From contig NZ_JBMFGY010000005.1 of assembly GCF_049977125.1 (NCBI RefSeq), positions 5,965-69,964 of the forward strand: a stretch of 64,000 bases of DNA. Direction: 5' to 3'. A model generated the notes under the pieces. The model ran no database searches, was not told the origin of the DNA, and saw only the letters and a program-made list of their open reading frames with translations. This document shows, in pieces, positions 9,944-23,041 of this stretch. This DNA is from Acidiphilium sp. Lineage in GTDB: Bacteria > Pseudomonadota > Alphaproteobacteria > Acetobacterales > Acetobacteraceae. The position numbers and the translations under genes were made by a program. Position 1 is the first letter of the stretch; the number at the start of each line of letters is the position of its first letter.

Positions 9944-10960
9944 TCAAGCATGCGGCAACCACCCGAACATCTCGAGCACGCTGGCGGTGAGCACGAGCCA
10001 GGCGAGCGAGAACGGCAGGAAGACTTTCCAGCCGAGTTGCATCAATTGATCGTAGCGGAATCGCGGCAGCGTGGCCCGCACCCAGAGAAACACGAACAGG
10101 CAGGCCGCGACCTTGAGGATGAACCAGATCGGGCCGGGGACCCAGGTGAAGGGCGCCAGCGGAACGGGCGACAGCCAGCCACCGAGGAAGAGAATGGTGG
10201 TCATGCCGCTCATCAGGATCATGTTGGCGTATTCGCCGAGAAAGAACAGCGCGAAGCTCATGGCGCTGTATTCGACGAAGAAGCCGGCGACGATTTCACT
10301 CTCGCCCTCGGCCAGGTCGAACGGGGCGCGGTTGGTCTCCGCGAGGCCGGAGATGAAGAACACCACCAGCATCGGCAACAGCGGGATCGCGAACCAGATG
10401 GTGCGCTGGGCGAGAACGATCCGGTTGAGGTCGAGACTGCCGGCGCAGAGCAGCACCGAGACGATCACCAGCCCGATCGAAACCTCGTAGCTGATCATTT
10501 GCGCGGCACTGCGCAACGCGCCGAGGAAGGCGTATTTCGAGTTGCTCGCCCACCCGGCGATGATGATGCCATAGACGCCGAGCGAGGAGATCGCGAATAG
10601 ATAGAGCATGCCGACGTTGATGTTGGCGATCGCCCAATGGTCGTTCACCGGAATTACCGCCCAGGCGATGATCGCGAGGCCGAAGGTGATGATGGGCGCG
10701 AACAGGAACAGCAGCCGGTTGGAGCCGTCAGGGATGATGGTTTCCTTGAACAGCATTTTGATCGCGTCGGCGAAGGGTTGCCACAGGCCGAACGGGCCGG
10801 TGACGTTGGGGCCGCGGCGCAGTTGCATCGCGGCCAGCACCTTGCGCTCGGCATAGGTGAGATAGGCGACGCCGAGCAGAAGGGGCACGATCAGGGCGAG
10901 GGATTTCAGCAAAGTGAGAATCAGGATGCCGAGATCGGAGGCGAAGAAACCGGTGCTCAT
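9944..10960 (-). CDS. nuoH: NADH-quinone oxidoreductase subunit H
   Basis: 338-aa polytopic protein with the conserved [17 protein letters not shown] segment. Confidence 0.92.
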   Translation of the reverse strand: MSTGFFASDLGILILTLLKSLALIVPLLLGVAYLTYAERKVLAAMQLRRGPNVTGPFGLWQPFADAIKMLFKETIIPDGSNRLLFLFAPIITFGLAIIAWAVIPVNDHWAIANINVGMLYLFAISSLGVYGIIIAGWASNSKYAFLGALRSAAQMISYEVSIGLVIVSVLLCAGSLDLNRIVLAQRTIWFAIPLLPMLVVFFISGLAETNRAPFDLAEGESEIVAGFFVEYSAMSFALFFLGEYANMILMSGMTTILFLGGWLSPVPLAPFTWVPGPIWFILKVAACLFVFLWVRATLPRFRYDQLMQLGWKVFLPFSLAWLVLTASVLEMFGWLPHA

Positions 10961-10964
10961 GACA

Positions 10965-13022
10965 TCACTCCGCCGCCTGTTGCAGGGGGGCGAGAATTTC
11001 GGTCACACATTTCGCCATGGTCGGGCTGGCGCGGCTGATCGGGTCGGTCTGGTAGTAGGTTTCGAAGGCGGGGGTGAACGGCGCATCGCTCAGTTGCGTG
11101 GCGTCGCCCATTGGTTTTGGACCGGCGTGAGCGGTGCGGCCCACCGTGTCGGGCGTGGCGAAGATCGGGTTGGCCTGGGCGAGGCGGTGACGCAGGGTCT
11201 CGATCGTGTCGTAGGGCAGCGGCTTGCCGAGCAGGGCGCTGGCGGCGCGGATGATGGTCCAATCCTCCCGCGCCGCGCCGGGTGGGAAGACCGCGCGCTG
11301 GGCGAGCTGAACGCGGCCCTCGGTGTTGACATAGATGCCGGGTTTTTCGGTGTAGGCGGCGCCGGGCAGGACGATGTCGGCGCGGGCGGCACCGCGGTCG
11401 CCGTGATGGCCTTGATAGATCACGAAGGTTTCGGGCGGGATCGCCGTCATGTCGATCTCGTCGGCGCCGAGCAGCCAGAGCACATCGACGCCGCCGGCGA
11501 CCATGGAGGCGACATCCTTGCCATCCGGCGTCGGGACGAAGCCGAGATCGAGGCCGCCGACGCGGGCGGCGGCGTTGTGCAGCACGTTGAACCCGTGCCA
11601 GTCGGGGGTGAGCATGCCGGTGGCTTCGGCGATCTGCCAGCAGGCGGCGAAAACCGCGGCGCCATCGGGTCGGGCCAGCGCCTGTTGCCCGACGATCAGG
11701 AGCGGTTTTTTCGCGGCGGCGAGTTGTTTGGTGAAGGCGGCTTCAGGGTCGAGCAGGGCGCGCAAGGCGGCGCCGTCACTGCCGAGATGCGTGTAGCCGT
11801 AGGTGATGTCAGCTGGTGCGCCGATCAGGCCGGCGACGAATTTGGTATCTTCGACCCAGCGGCGGCGGATGCGGGCGTTCAGCACCGGGGCTTCGTGGCG
11901 CGGATTGACGCCGACGAACAGGACGGCGTCCGCTTCATCGATGCCTTCGATCGTTGTGTTGAACAGATAGAATTCGCGACGGGAGGTTTCGAGCGCGGCG
12001 CCGTCCTGACGGCAATCGAGATTGGGCACGCCGATTGAGGTCAGCAGGTCCTTCAAGGCCATCATGCTCTCGGCATCGCACAGATTGCCGGCAATCGCCC
12101 CGATGCGGGCGGGTTCGGCCCCGTTCAGGCGCGCGACCACGGCGGCGAGCGCTTCATCCCAGGTCGCGGCATGAAGTTTGCCGTCGCGGCGTATCCAGGG
12201 CCGGTCGAGCCGTTTGCGCTTCAGGCCGTCGAGCGCGAAGCGGGATTTATCGGCCAGCCATTCCTCGTTCACGGCGTCGTTGATGCGGGGCAGGATGCGC
12301 AGCACTTCACCGCCACGGGAATCGATACGGATATTGGTGCCGAGCGCGTCGAACACGTCGATACTATCGGTTTTGCGGAGTTCCCAGGTGCGGGCGATGA
12401 AGGCGTAGGGCTTGGCGGTGAGCGCGCCGACCGGGCAGAGGTCGATGATGTTGCCGGAAAGCTCGGAGGTCAGGCCGCGTTCGACGTAATTGGTGATTTC
12501 GAGGTTCTCGCCCCGCGAAATGCCGCCGAGTTCCGGCACGCCGGCGACCTCGGCGAGGAAGCGGACGCAGCGGGTGCATTGGATGCAGCGGGTCATGACG
12601 GTTTTGACCAGGGGGCCGAAATTCTTGTCGGTCACCGCGCGCTTGACCTCGTGATAGCGGGTATGGTCGCGGCCGTAACCGACCGCCTCGTCCTGCAGAT
12701 CGCATTCGCCGCCCTGATCGCAGATCGGGCAGTCGAGCGGGTGGTTGATCAGCAGGAATTCCATCACGTTGCGGCGTGACTGGCGCACTTTTTCGGTGTC
12801 GGTGAAAATGACCATGCCCTCGGCGACCGGCTGGCCGCAGGAGGCGACCGGTTTGGGCATTTTTTCGATCTCGACCAGGCACATCCGGCAATTACCGGCG
12901 ATCGAGAGGCGCTCGTGGTAGCAGAAGCGGGGGATTTCCTTGCCCGCCGCCTCGGCCGCCTGGAGGACCGAAAAGCCGGTGGGGACGTCGAGTTCGATTC
13001 CGTCGATCGTGACTTTGGGCAT
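10965..13022 (-). CDS. nuoG: NADH-quinone oxidoreductase subunit G
   Basis: The ORF was trimmed to the ATG at 13022 ([24 protein letters not shown]...). It has 2Fe-2S/4Fe-4S Cys clusters ([19 protein letters not shown]). Length is 685 aa. Confidence 0.9.
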   Translation of the reverse strand: MPKVTIDGIELDVPTGFSVLQAAEAAGKEIPRFCYHERLSIAGNCRMCLVEIEKMPKPVASCGQPVAEGMVIFTDTEKVRQSRRNVMEFLLINHPLDCPICDQGGECDLQDEAVGYGRDHTRYHEVKRAVTDKNFGPLVKTVMTRCIQCTRCVRFLAEVAGVPELGGISRGENLEITNYVERGLTSELSGNIIDLCPVGALTAKPYAFIARTWELRKTDSIDVFDALGTNIRIDSRGGEVLRILPRINDAVNEEWLADKSRFALDGLKRKRLDRPWIRRDGKLHAATWDEALAAVVARLNGAEPARIGAIAGNLCDAESMMALKDLLTSIGVPNLDCRQDGAALETSRREFYLFNTTIEGIDEADAVLFVGVNPRHEAPVLNARIRRRWVEDTKFVAGLIGAPADITYGYTHLGSDGAALRALLDPEAAFTKQLAAAKKPLLIVGQQALARPDGAAVFAACWQIAEATGMLTPDWHGFNVLHNAAARVGGLDLGFVPTPDGKDVASMVAGGVDVLWLLGADEIDMTAIPPETFVIYQGHHGDRGAARADIVLPGAAYTEKPGIYVNTEGRVQLAQRAVFPPGAAREDWTIIRAASALLGKPLPYDTIETLRHRLAQANPIFATPDTVGRTAHAGPKPMGDATQLSDAPFTPAFETYYQTDPISRASPTMAKCVTEILAPLQQAAE

Positions 13023-13068
13023 CAGTTCCGGCTTCCAATCGATCGTGACATCGGATGGGCTTTGAGGG

Positions 13069-14364
13069 TCATTCCGCTGCAATCCTCGGTGCGGTGCGCG
13101 CCTTGTAGTCCGCGATCCGCTGCTCGACCATCGGGCGGAAATGGCGGAGCAGGCCCTGGACCGGCCAGGCGGCGGCATCGGCGAGCATGCAGATGGTGTG
13201 GCCCTCGAGTTGGCGGGTCACCTGTTCCATCAGGTCGATCTCGGCGACTTCGGCGCGGCCTTCGACCATGCGGTTCATCATCCGCATCACCCAGCCGGTG
13301 CCTTCGCGGCAGGGGGTGCACTGGCCACAGCTTTCGTGTTTGTAGAAAGCCGAAATCCGGGCGATGGCGCGGATCAGATCGGTCGATTTATCCATCACGA
13401 TGACCGCGGCGGTGCCGAGGCTGCTGCCGGCCTCGCGCAAACTGTCGAAATCCATCAGCACATTGTCACAGACCGATTTCGGGATCATCGGCACCGAGGA
13501 ACCGCCGGGGATCACGGCGAGCAGATTGTCCCACCCGCCGCGCACGCCACCGGCGTGACGGTCGATCAACTCACGCATCGGAATGCCGAGTTCATCCTCG
13601 ACGGTGCATGGTTTGTTGACGTGACCGGAGATGCAATAGAGCTTGGTGCCGGCGTTTTTGGGGCGGCCAAGCCCGGCGAACCAGCCGCCACCGCGCCGCA
13701 GGATGGTCGATACCGCCGCGATCGACTCGACGTTGTTGACCGTGGTCGGGCAGCCATACACCCCCATGGCGGCCGGGAACGGCGGCTTCATCCGGGGCAT
13801 GCCCTTCTTGCCCTCAAGGCTTTCGAGCAAAGCGGATTCCTCGCCGCAGATATAGGCGCCGCCGCCGCGATGGATTGTGATGTCGAAATCCCAGCCGGAC
13901 CCGCAGGCATCCGGCCCGATCAACCCGGCGTCGCGGGCTTCATCGACCGCGGTCTGCAAATGCAGGAATTCGTTGTAATATTCGCCCCTTATGTAGATGA
14001 AGGCCCGGTGCGCGCCCATCGCGAAACTCGCGATCAGGCAGCCTTCGACCAGCTTGTGCGGATCGTGGCGGATGATGTCGCGGTCCTTGCAGGTGCCAGG
14101 CTCGCTTTCATCGGCGTTGACCACGAGATAGCTCGGCCGGCCATCGCTGGTTTTGGGCATGAACGACCATTTCAGCCCGGTCGGGAAGCCCGCGCCGCCA
14201 CGGCCGCGCAGTCCGGAGGTTTTTATCTCCTCGACGATCGCATCCCGGCCACGGGCGAGAATGGCGGCGGTGCCATCCCAGTCGCCGCGGGCGCGGGCGC
14301 CTGGGAGGCGCCAGTCGTGGAGGCCGTAAAGATTGGTGAAAATACGGTCCCGATCGCTCAGCAT
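13069..14364 (-). CDS. nuoF: NADH-quinone oxidoreductase subunit F
   Basis: The ORF was trimmed to the ATG at 14364 ([14 protein letters not shown]...), which overlaps the nuoE TGA by 1 nt (TGATG). It has the [23 protein letters not shown] motif and the [12 protein letters not shown] 4Fe-4S motif. Length is 431 aa. Confidence 0.92.
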   Translation of the reverse strand: MLSDRDRIFTNLYGLHDWRLPGARARGDWDGTAAILARGRDAIVEEIKTSGLRGRGGAGFPTGLKWSFMPKTSDGRPSYLVVNADESEPGTCKDRDIIRHDPHKLVEGCLIASFAMGAHRAFIYIRGEYYNEFLHLQTAVDEARDAGLIGPDACGSGWDFDITIHRGGGAYICGEESALLESLEGKKGMPRMKPPFPAAMGVYGCPTTVNNVESIAAVSTILRRGGGWFAGLGRPKNAGTKLYCISGHVNKPCTVEDELGIPMRELIDRHAGGVRGGWDNLLAVIPGGSSVPMIPKSVCDNVLMDFDSLREAGSSLGTAAVIVMDKSTDLIRAIARISAFYKHESCGQCTPCREGTGWVMRMMNRMVEGRAEVAEIDLMEQVTRQLEGHTICMLADAAAWPVQGLLRHFRPMVEQRIADYKARTAPRIAAE

Positions 14365-14987
14365 CAGGTCTCTGCTCCGGGTTCCGGCTGGGTGACAGCG
14401 GCGAATAGCGTGGTGCGTCCGCCTTCGGGGGCGGCATTCTGCCGGCCGATCGTGGAGCCGGGTTGCGGGGGATCGCCGCGGCGGAACGCCTCGAGCAGCG
14501 CCACGGTGCGGGCTTCGTCGAGGTCTTCGTAATAATCGTCGTTGACCACGAGAACCGGCGCGTTGACGCAGGCGCCGACACATTCGAGCTCTTCCAGGCT
14601 GAAGACCTCGCCGTGGTCAGCGACGGCACGGCGGCAGGCGTCGCGCACGCCGTCCGACCCGCGCAGCCAACAGGGCGTGGTGGTGCAGACCTGAAGGTGG
14701 AATTTCTGCACCGGCTTGAGATGGAACATGGTGTAGAAGGTCGCGACCTCATAGACGCGGATGCGGGGCATGCCGAGACGATCGGCGATCACATCCATGG
14801 CGGCGCGCGGCACCCACGCATGATCGGTGGTGCGCGCCATCTGGCGTTGGGCGAGATCGAGCAACGGCATCACGGCGCTGGCCTGACGGCCTTCGGGATA
14901 TTTCGCGATGATGCCGGGAATCCGGGCCTCGCTGAACTCATCGAAGCTGAAGGCTTCGTTTGCTGTGTCGTTCATCATTTCGCTCAT
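14364..14987 (-). CDS. nuoE: NADH-quinone oxidoreductase subunit E
   Basis: 207 aa with a thioredoxin-like 2Fe-2S pattern ([11 protein letters not shown] ... CVGACVNAP). Confidence 0.9.
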   Translation of the reverse strand: MSEMMNDTANEAFSFDEFSEARIPGIIAKYPEGRQASAVMPLLDLAQRQMARTTDHAWVPRAAMDVIADRLGMPRIRVYEVATFYTMFHLKPVQKFHLQVCTTTPCWLRGSDGVRDACRRAVADHGEVFSLEELECVGACVNAPVLVVNDDYYEDLDEARTVALLEAFRRGDPPQPGSTIGRQNAAPEGGRTTLFAAVTQPEPGAET

Positions 14988-14990
14988 CGC

Positions 14991-16202
14991 TTAACGGTCC
15001 ACTTCACCGAACACCACATCGATCGAGCCGAGCACGGCGATGGCATCGGCGAGGAGATGATTTTTCGCCAGACGTTCGATCGCTTGCAGATGGGCAAAAC
15101 CGGTCGGACGGATTTTGCAGCGGTAGGGGTGATTGGTGCCATCGGCGATGAGATACACCCCGAACTCCCCCTTGGGGGCTTCCACCGTGGTATAGGTGGT
15201 TCCCGCTGGCACGTGATAGCCTTCGGTATAGAGTTTGAAATGATGGATCAGCGCCTCCATCGAGCGCTTCATCTCGGCGCGTTTGGGCGGGGTGATCTTG
15301 TTGTCCTGCACCTTGATCGGGCCGGGCTGCATTTTCTGGAGCGCCTGGCGGATGATTTTGACGCTTTCGCGCATTTCGTGCAGGCGCACCAGATAGCGAT
15401 CGTAGCAATCGCCATGCCTTCCGACCGGAATGTCGAACTCGACCTCGGCGTATTTGTCATACGGCCGGGCGCGGCGCTGATCCCATGCGATGCCGGTGGC
15501 GCGCAGGTTGGGGCCGGAGAATCCCATGGCCAGCGCGTCCTCGGCGGAGATGATGCCGATGTCGACCAATCGCTGTTTGAAGATGCGGTTGCCGGTGAGA
15601 AGACCTTCCAGATCATCGAGAAATTTCGGGAACCCTTCGCTCCACGCCCAGATCTGTTCGGCCAGACCTTCCGGCATGTCTTTCGAGACGCCGCCGGGGC
15701 GGAAATAATTGGCGTGGAACCGCGCGCCGGAGACGGCCTCATGAAAAATGAACAGTTTTTCGCGCTCTTCATAGCCCCACAGGCTCGGTGTCTGTGCGCC
15801 GACATCGAGGCCGAGATGAACCGCGTTCTGGGTGTGGTTGAGAATGCGGGTGATTTCCGCGAACAGCACCCTGATCCATTGACCGCGATCCGGCACGGTG
15901 ATGCCGAGCAGCTTCTCGGTCGCCAGGGCGAAGGCATGTTCGCACGCCATCGGGCTGACGTAATCGAGACGGTCGAAATACGGCACGGCCTGGAGATAGG
16001 ATTTGTATTCGATCAGTTTTTCGGTGCCGCGATGCAGCAGCCCGATATGGGGATCGGCGCGGGTGACCGTTTCGCCGTCCAGCTCCATGATCAGGCGCAG
16101 CACGCCGTGCATCGAGGGATGCTGCGGCCCGAAATTGATGGTGTGGCGCTCGCCCTGGGTGAATTCCTGCACCACGTTCTGGCGTTCGCTCGCCGCCGTC
16201 AT
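14991..16202 (-). CDS. nuoD: NADH-quinone oxidoreductase subunit D
   Basis: 403 aa with [16 protein letters not shown] and a C-terminal DVVFGEVDR. It has an ATGA overlap with the nuoC stop. Confidence 0.92.
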   Translation of the reverse strand: MTAASERQNVVQEFTQGERHTINFGPQHPSMHGVLRLIMELDGETVTRADPHIGLLHRGTEKLIEYKSYLQAVPYFDRLDYVSPMACEHAFALATEKLLGITVPDRGQWIRVLFAEITRILNHTQNAVHLGLDVGAQTPSLWGYEEREKLFIFHEAVSGARFHANYFRPGGVSKDMPEGLAEQIWAWSEGFPKFLDDLEGLLTGNRIFKQRLVDIGIISAEDALAMGFSGPNLRATGIAWDQRRARPYDKYAEVEFDIPVGRHGDCYDRYLVRLHEMRESVKIIRQALQKMQPGPIKVQDNKITPPKRAEMKRSMEALIHHFKLYTEGYHVPAGTTYTTVEAPKGEFGVYLIADGTNHPYRCKIRPTGFAHLQAIERLAKNHLLADAIAVLGSIDVVFGEVDR

Positions 16203-16834
16203 GACGCGGCCTCCGGTTTCCGTGTGGCTTTTTCGTCGCCGGGCAGCGTGGTCATGGCTTCCCAGGGCGAGAGGAAATCGAAATTGCGGAATTCCTGGGC
16301 GAGAGCGACTTTTTCATAGACCACGCGTTTTTGCTCCTCATCGTAGCGGAGTTCGACATAGCCGGTCAGTGGAAAATCCTTGCGCAGCGGATAGCCCTCG
16401 AAACCATTGTCGGTGAGGATGCGGCGATGGTCGAGCAGCCCGTCGAAGCTGATGCCGAACAGGTCGAACACCTCGCGCTCCCACCACGCGGCGCCGGGCC
16501 AGATCGGGGTGACGCTCGGCACCGGCGTGGCTTCGTCGGTGGTCACGATGATGCGCAGACGGTCGTTGCGGCCGATCGAGAGCAGATTATAGACGACATC
16601 GAACCGCTCGGCGCGCTGCGGCCAGTCAACGCCACACACATCCATGCACTGCGCGAAGGCGAAGCGGGGATCGTCGCGGAGGGTGCGCATGATCGCGGGC
16701 AATGCGTCACGCGCGACCGTGGCGATTCGCTCATCGCGTTCCAGCCACACCGATTGGACGCCCGGCAGGGCGCGCAGGGCGGCGGTGACGCGATCGACCG
16801 GGGCCGCCGGCGCGGCGGGATCGGTCTCACTCAC
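16199..16834 (-). CDS. nuoC: NADH-quinone oxidoreductase subunit C
   Basis: The homologous region starts just after nuoB. I propose the GTG at 16834-16832, which overlaps the nuoB end (GTGAGTGA), giving 211 aa. The 265-aa ORF-track start at 16996 would overlap nuoB by 170 nt. Confidence 0.8.
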   Translation of the reverse strand: MSETDPAAPAAPVDRVTAALRALPGVQSVWLERDERIATVARDALPAIMRTLRDDPRFAFAQCMDVCGVDWPQRAERFDVVYNLLSIGRNDRLRIIVTTDEATPVPSVTPIWPGAAWWEREVFDLFGISFDGLLDHRRILTDNGFEGYPLRKDFPLTGYVELRYDEEQKRVVYEKVALAQEFRNFDFLSPWEAMTTLPGDEKATRKPEAAS

Positions 16835-17387
16835 GGAAAATCGTCCCGGTGCGGCGGATCTTTTTTTGCAGCTGCATGATGCCGTAAACCAAAGCCTCGG
16901 CGGTTGGCGGACAACCGGGGACATAGATGTCGACCGGCACGATCCGGTCGCAACCGCGCACCACCGAATAGGAGAAATGGTAATAGCCGCCGCCATTGGC
17001 GCAGCTGCCCATCGAGATCACCCAGCGGGGCTCGGGCATCTGGTCGTAAACCTTGCGCAGGGCGGGCGCCATTTTATTGGTCAGTGTGCCGGCGACGATC
17101 ATGACATCACTCTGACGCGGCGAGTTGCGCGGGATGATGCCGAAGCGATCGAGGTCCCAGCGCGGCATGTAGGCGTGAATCATTTCGATGGCGCAGCAGG
17201 CGAGGCCGAAGGTCATTGGCCACAGGCTGCCGGTGCGCGCCCAATTCACCATTTTGTCGAGATTGGCGACGACGAAGCCCTTGCCGGCGATCTCGCCGGT
17301 GATGCCGCGGATCACCGCATCCTGTTCGGGGCCGGGCGCCAGAGCGTCGCGGTTCCAGGCGATATCGGGTTGCTGTATGGCGTTCAT
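16827..17387 (-). CDS. nuoB: NADH-quinone oxidoreductase subunit B
   Basis: 186 aa with the GLACCAIEM and CANGGGYY / PGCPP Fe-S ligand motifs. Confidence 0.92.
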   Translation of the reverse strand: MNAIQQPDIAWNRDALAPGPEQDAVIRGITGEIAGKGFVVANLDKMVNWARTGSLWPMTFGLACCAIEMIHAYMPRWDLDRFGIIPRNSPRQSDVMIVAGTLTNKMAPALRKVYDQMPEPRWVISMGSCANGGGYYHFSYSVVRGCDRIVPVDIYVPGCPPTAEALVYGIMQLQKKIRRTGTIFRE

Positions 17388-17480
17388 ATCAGATGTTCCG
17401 ATCAGACCGATGTCCGGTCAATACCTTTATCCTGGTGAGATGCCAAAGCGTCGTGCCGCGGGCGGTGGAGACAAATGCGC

Positions 17481-17846
17481 CTACTCCCAGTCGAGCGCGC
17501 CCTTGCGCCATTCATAGATGAAGCCGACCACGAGAATTGCCAGGAACCCCATCATCGACCAGAATCCCAAGGTGCCGATCCGCGCGAGGCTGACCGCCCA
17601 GGGAAACAGAAACGCGACCTCGACATCGAAAATGATGAACAGGATCGCGACCAGATAGTAGCGCACGTCGAATTTGCGGCGCGCATCGCCGAACGGTTCG
17701 AAACCGCATTCATAGGCGCTGAGTTTTTCGCGATAGGGCTTCTGCCGCGCCACCAGCAACGAACCGGCGACGAAGGCGACGCCGAGCAAGCCGGCGATGC
17801 CGAGGAAAACCAGGATCGGGAAATAATTCATCAAGCTCGGCTGCAT
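17481..17846 (-). CDS. nuoA: NADH-quinone oxidoreductase subunit A
   Basis: The ORF was trimmed to the ATG at 17846 ([19 protein letters not shown]...), giving 121 aa with the YECGF motif. The ATG at 17864 is an alternative start. Confidence 0.85.
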   Translation of the reverse strand: MQPSLMNYFPILVFLGIAGLLGVAFVAGSLLVARQKPYREKLSAYECGFEPFGDARRKFDVRYYLVAILFIIFDVEVAFLFPWAVSLARIGTLGFWSMMGFLAILVVGFIYEWRKGALDWE

Positions 17847-17864
17847 CGCGGTTCGCCCTTTCAT

Positions 17865-17894
17865 GCCCCAAGTCGTGTCAAGCCCCAAGTCGTG
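17865..17894. repeat. Direct repeat GCCCCAAGTCGTG x2 (17-nt period) in the nuoA leader
   Basis: Exact 13-mers at 17865-17877 and 17882-17894, lying 19-48 nt upstream of the chosen nuoA ATG. Confidence 0.8.
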
Positions 17895-18059
17895 CAGGTG
17901 TCGCACGAGACGTGACCAACACCACCTGTTAACGTCCTGCCGCGCGCCAAACAATGCGCGCACCAACGGGCCGATCGTTGACCCTGCCGTGACGGACCTG
18001 ATCCCCCGATCGTATTCCATCAGATCTAAACATTCGATGGTTTTTAACTGGCTCGAAAC

Positions 18060-18136
<77 letters not shown>

Positions 18137-18380
18137 TTCGTTGCCGTGCTCGTAACGCGGCGATGTGGCAGCGTCAAGCGTGGCGGCTTCTGATCGGCAG
18201 GCGGGGGGGTGGACGGGATACCCGATGCCGGGTGCGCCGGTCGCGATGCGAGGGCGACGAGCCGGGGCACGGAGTCGAGTTTCGCTGCGCAGTCCGCTTG
18301 AAACCAGGGGATGATTGGTCCGCTGACCCGACGGGCGGCCGGCGGCCGTGCCGATTTTGATCGGGTCGACGGCGGACGTA

Positions 18381-18452
18381 TGGGCGGTGACGGGATCGAA
18401 CCGCCGACCCTCTCGGTGTAAACGAGACGCTCTACCGCTGAGCTAACCGCCC
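18381..18452 (-). tRNA. tRNA-Val (TAC)
   Basis: The reverse complement reads GGGCGGTTAGCTCAGCGGTAGAGCGTCTCGTTTACACCGAGAGGGTCGGCGGTTCGATCCCGTCACCGCCCA. The anticodon loop is TTTACAC. The CCA end is not encoded. Confidence 0.92.
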
Positions 18453-18500
18453 GAATAGGCAGTCTGCCGATTCGACAAACCACCCTATCACGGTATGGGG

Positions 18501-18521
18501 CGAACCGGCAGGACCGGTTTC
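18501..18521 (-). terminator. Possible hairpin terminator after the HU gene
   Basis: CGAACCGG-cagga-CCGGTTTCG, a stem with one bulge, lies 11 nt downstream of the HU stop. It has no clear U-tract. Confidence 0.3.
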
Positions 18522-18531
18522 GTCCGGCTGC

Positions 18532-18804
18532 TTAATTCACGGCGTCCTTGAGGGTCTTGCCGGGCTTGAAACGAACCGAGGTTGATGCCGGGATTTTGAT
18601 TTCCTCGCCGGTGCGGGGGTTGCGGCCGGTACCGGCTTTACGTTCGGCGGTGGCGAAAGTGCCGAAGCCGACCAGACGGACTTCCTGCTTCTGCTTCAGC
18701 GCCGATTCGATCGCCGAAAACACGGCGTCAACAACCTCGGTCGCTTTGGCTTTGGTTAGGTCGGTCTGCTCTGCCACGTCTGCGACAAGATCCATTTTGT
18801 TCAC
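18532..18804 (-). CDS. hupB: DNA-binding protein HU
   Basis: I chose the GTG at 18804, which gives MNKMDLVADVAEQT..., the canonical 90-aa HU. A GGGAGAG SD lies about 6 nt upstream. It has the RNPRTGEEIKIPA arm motif. The ATG at 18795 is an alternative start. Confidence 0.88.
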   Translation of the reverse strand: MNKMDLVADVAEQTDLTKAKATEVVDAVFSAIESALKQKQEVRLVGFGTFATAERKAGTGRNPRTGEEIKIPASTSVRFKPGKTLKDAVN

Positions 18805-18904
18805 GGGTTGCTCTCCCAGTTGTAAAAAATGCACAGAACATGGAGCGGTCGGAGGGTACCCCGGCCGCGATGTCCTGTATCCGAATCGAAGGTTGCACTT
18901 TAGA

Positions 18905-18951
18905 GGGGCCGGTTTGCTGCCGTCAACGAAGACGGCGGCAAATCCGGCCCC
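18905..18951 (-). terminator. GC-rich hairpin downstream of lon
   Basis: GGGGCCGGTTTGCTGCCGTC-aacgaa-GACGGCGGCAAATCCGGCCCC is a near-perfect stem of about 20 bp, 47 nt after the lon stop. No U-tract follows it. Confidence 0.5.
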
Positions 18952-18997
18952 ATGAGCGTCATTTAAGGCGCGGGACGCTGGTTTTACCGGGCTGCGC

Positions 18998-21457
18998 TCA
19001 ATGGGCCAGCGCGGCACCCGATGATTCGGCGGCACGGGGGGCGATGGGCTCGACCGGTTCCTCCCATTCGATGGGCACCAGGGTTCCCGCCAGCGCCTGA
19101 GCGATCACCTGGTCGACATGGGAGACCGGGATGATGGTCAGGGATTTCTTGACGTTGTCGGGAATGTCGGCCAGGTCCTTCTCGTTGTCCTTCGGGATCA
19201 GCACGGTGGTAATTCCCGCACGCAGGGCGGCCAGAAGTTTTTCCTTCAGGCCGCCGATCGGCAGGACCCGGCCACGCAGGGTGATCTCGCCGGTCATGGC
19301 GATGTCCTTGCGCACCGGCACGCCGGTCAATGCCGAGACGATCGATACCGCCATGGCGATACCCGCCGACGGGCCATCTTTCGGTGTCGCGCCTTCCGGC
19401 ACGTGGACGTGAATGTCACGTTTTTCGAACAGGGTGGGTTTGATCCCGAAGGTGATCGCGCGTGAGCGGATGTAGGAGATTGCGGCCGAGACGCTCTCCT
19501 GCATCACGTCACCGAGTTTGCCGGTGTTTTTGACGTTGCCCTTGCCGGGCAGCAGCACACTCTCGATCGTGAGGATTTCGCCGCCAACCTCGGTCCAGGC
19601 GAGGCCGGTGACAACGCCGACCATATCCTCCGCCTCGGTCTCGCCGAAGCGAAAACGCGGCACGCCGGCGAAGGCTTCCAGATTGTCGAGGGTGATGGCG
19701 ACGGTCTTGACTTTTTTGGTGACGATTTCCTTGACCGATTTGCGGGCCAGATTGGCAAGCTCGCGCTCGAGGTTACGCACGCCGGCCTCGCGGGTGTAGG
19801 TGCGGATCAATTCGTGCAGAACCTCATCGGAGACCGACCACTCGCCGGGTTTCAGCCCATGCGCCTCGGCCTGTTTCTCGACCAGATGACGCTTGGCGAT
19901 CTCGACTTTTTCATCCTCGGTATAGCCGGGGATTCGGATGATCTCCATCCGGTCAAGGAGCGGCTGCGGCATCCGCAGGGTGTTGGCGGTTGTCACGAAC
20001 ATCACATCCGACAGATCGTAATCAACTTCCAGATAGTGATCGTTGAAATTGGCATTCTGCTCGGGGTCCAGCACCTCGAGCAGAGCCGAGGTGGGATCGC
20101 CACGCCAATCGGCCCCCAGCTTGTCGATTTCATCGAGCAGAAACAGGGGGTTAGACGTCTTTGCTTTCTTCATGCCCTGAATCACCTTGCCGGGCATCGA
20201 ACCGATATAGGTGCGGCGATGGCCCCGGATCTCGGCCTCGTCACGCATGCCACCAAGCGACATCCGAACAAAGTTGCGGCCGGTCGCCTTGGCGATCGAC
20301 TTGCCGAGCGAGGTTTTACCGACGCCCGGCGGGCCGACCAGGCACAGGATCGGGCCGCGCAGTTTCGGGCTGCGGGACTGGACCGCCAGGTATTCGATGA
20401 TGCGTTCCTTGACTTTGTCCAGCCCGTAATGATCGGCATCGAGCACGCGCTCGGCCTCGATCACGTCGTTCTTGATTTTCGCGCGTTTTTTCCAGGGGAT
20501 GCCGAGGAGCCAGTCGAGATAGTTGCGCACCACTGTTGCTTCCGCGCTCATCGGGCTCATGGTCTTGAGCTTTTTCAGCTCCGCGGTGGCTTTTTCACGG
20601 GCTTCCTTGCTCAGCTTGAGGGTTTTGATCTTTTCCTCGATCTCGGCGGTCTCGTCCTTGCCCTCTTCGCCCTCGCCCAGTTCCTTCTGGATCGCTTTCA
20701 GCTGTTCGTTGAGGTAATATTCGCGCTGCGTTTTTTCCATCTGGCGCTTGACGCGATTGCGGATGCGCTTCTCGACCTGAAGGACGCCGATTTCGGCTTC
20801 CATATGGGCGAACACCCGTTCCAGCCGCTCGGCGACCGAGGCGGTCTCGAGCAATTCCTGTTTGTCGGCGATTTTCAAGCCGAGATGGCTGGCGATGGTA
20901 TCCGCAAGTTTCGACGGATCGTCGATCTGATTGATCGAAACCAGAACTTCCGGCGCGATTTTTTTGTTCAGCTTGATATATTGCTCGAACTGGGTCACCA
21001 CGCCGCGGGCGAGACCCTCGGTTTCCTTGGATTTATCGACGATATCGTCGATCGGTTCGGCCAGAACCTCGAAATGGGTCTCGGTTTCATGGTAGCCGGT
21101 GATGCGCGCGCGACGCACCCCCTCGACAAGCACCTTGACCGTGCCATCCGGCAGTTTCAAGAGTTGAAGCACGGTCGAGACCGTGCCGACGTTGTAGATG
21201 TCGGCCGCCAGCGGGTCGTCCTGCTGGGCGTTACGTTGGGCGACGAGCAGAATCTGCTTATCTTCCTTCATCACCCCTTCGAGCGCCCGAACCGATTTTT
21301 CACGGCCGACGAATAACGGCACGATCATGTGCGGAAACACGACGATATCGCGCAGGGGCAACACCGACAAGGCCTCTCCGGTGGTGGGAGCCGGCGGTGT
21401 CGTTCTGACGGAGGCGGCGGACACCGATTTGGATTTTTTGGGATTGGTCTCTGACAT
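18998..21457 (-). CDS. lon: ATP-dependent Lon protease
   Basis: The ORF was trimmed to the ATG at 21457 ([10 protein letters not shown]...). It has Walker [10 protein letters not shown] and the catalytic PKDGPSAG. Length is 819 aa. Confidence 0.93.
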   Translation of the reverse strand: MSETNPKKSKSVSAASVRTTPPAPTTGEALSVLPLRDIVVFPHMIVPLFVGREKSVRALEGVMKEDKQILLVAQRNAQQDDPLAADIYNVGTVSTVLQLLKLPDGTVKVLVEGVRRARITGYHETETHFEVLAEPIDDIVDKSKETEGLARGVVTQFEQYIKLNKKIAPEVLVSINQIDDPSKLADTIASHLGLKIADKQELLETASVAERLERVFAHMEAEIGVLQVEKRIRNRVKRQMEKTQREYYLNEQLKAIQKELGEGEEGKDETAEIEEKIKTLKLSKEAREKATAELKKLKTMSPMSAEATVVRNYLDWLLGIPWKKRAKIKNDVIEAERVLDADHYGLDKVKERIIEYLAVQSRSPKLRGPILCLVGPPGVGKTSLGKSIAKATGRNFVRMSLGGMRDEAEIRGHRRTYIGSMPGKVIQGMKKAKTSNPLFLLDEIDKLGADWRGDPTSALLEVLDPEQNANFNDHYLEVDYDLSDVMFVTTANTLRMPQPLLDRMEIIRIPGYTEDEKVEIAKRHLVEKQAEAHGLKPGEWSVSDEVLHELIRTYTREAGVRNLERELANLARKSVKEIVTKKVKTVAITLDNLEAFAGVPRFRFGETEAEDMVGVVTGLAWTEVGGEILTIESVLLPGKGNVKNTGKLGDVMQESVSAAISYIRSRAITFGIKPTLFEKRDIHVHVPEGATPKDGPSAGIAMAVSIVSALTGVPVRKDIAMTGEITLRGRVLPIGGLKEKLLAALRAGITTVLIPKDNEKDLADIPDNVKKSLTIIPVSHVDQVIAQALAGTLVPIEWEEPVEPIAPRAAESSGAALAH

Positions 21458-21536
21458 CAGACTACCTTTCGTGAGCCACGCGCCCTGCCCTGTTGCGGCA
21501 CAGAACGCGGTGCCGGCTGATCCGGCCACAACAGCA

Positions 21537-21565
21537 ATATGGGGCGAGGGTCGCAATACCGCAAC
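21537..21565 (-). promoter_or_regulatory. Candidate sigma-32 (RpoH)-type promoter upstream of lon
   Basis: The minus strand reads GTTGCG-N15-CCCCATAT. The CCCCATnT -10 element is the heat-shock hallmark and lies about 80 nt upstream of the lon ATG. The -35 element is weak. Confidence 0.3.
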
Positions 21566-21649
21566 AGAGCGTCGATGCGCTCACGGCGAAGCCCGGCCCT
21601 GTCGTAGAATCGTGACCCGCGTGACCGGGGGCAGCGCCTATTCCGTCGC

Positions 21650-22906
<1,257 letters not shown>

Positions 22907-23041
22907 CGGCGCTCCAGCCGCGCCCCACAAATGGCGGCGCATCAGTTATCGGCGAGAGACTAGCCCTCAACCCCGAATGACACAAGCATTCCGGTAAAAA
23001 CTGACACCGGATTGCAACAACACCCCGCGATGACGCCCGGA

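Noticed and set aside
9763-9990. Small ORFs (62 and 71 aa) inside the nuoH-nuoI AT-rich palindrome
   Set aside because: Their Lys/Phe-rich sequences are by-products of the A/T runs on both strands. They have no SD. The region is better explained as a structured repeat.
14463-16319. 618-aa plus-strand ORF antisense to nuoE/nuoD/nuoC
   Set aside because: It is a shadow ORF across three confidently identified nuo genes, with low-complexity composition.
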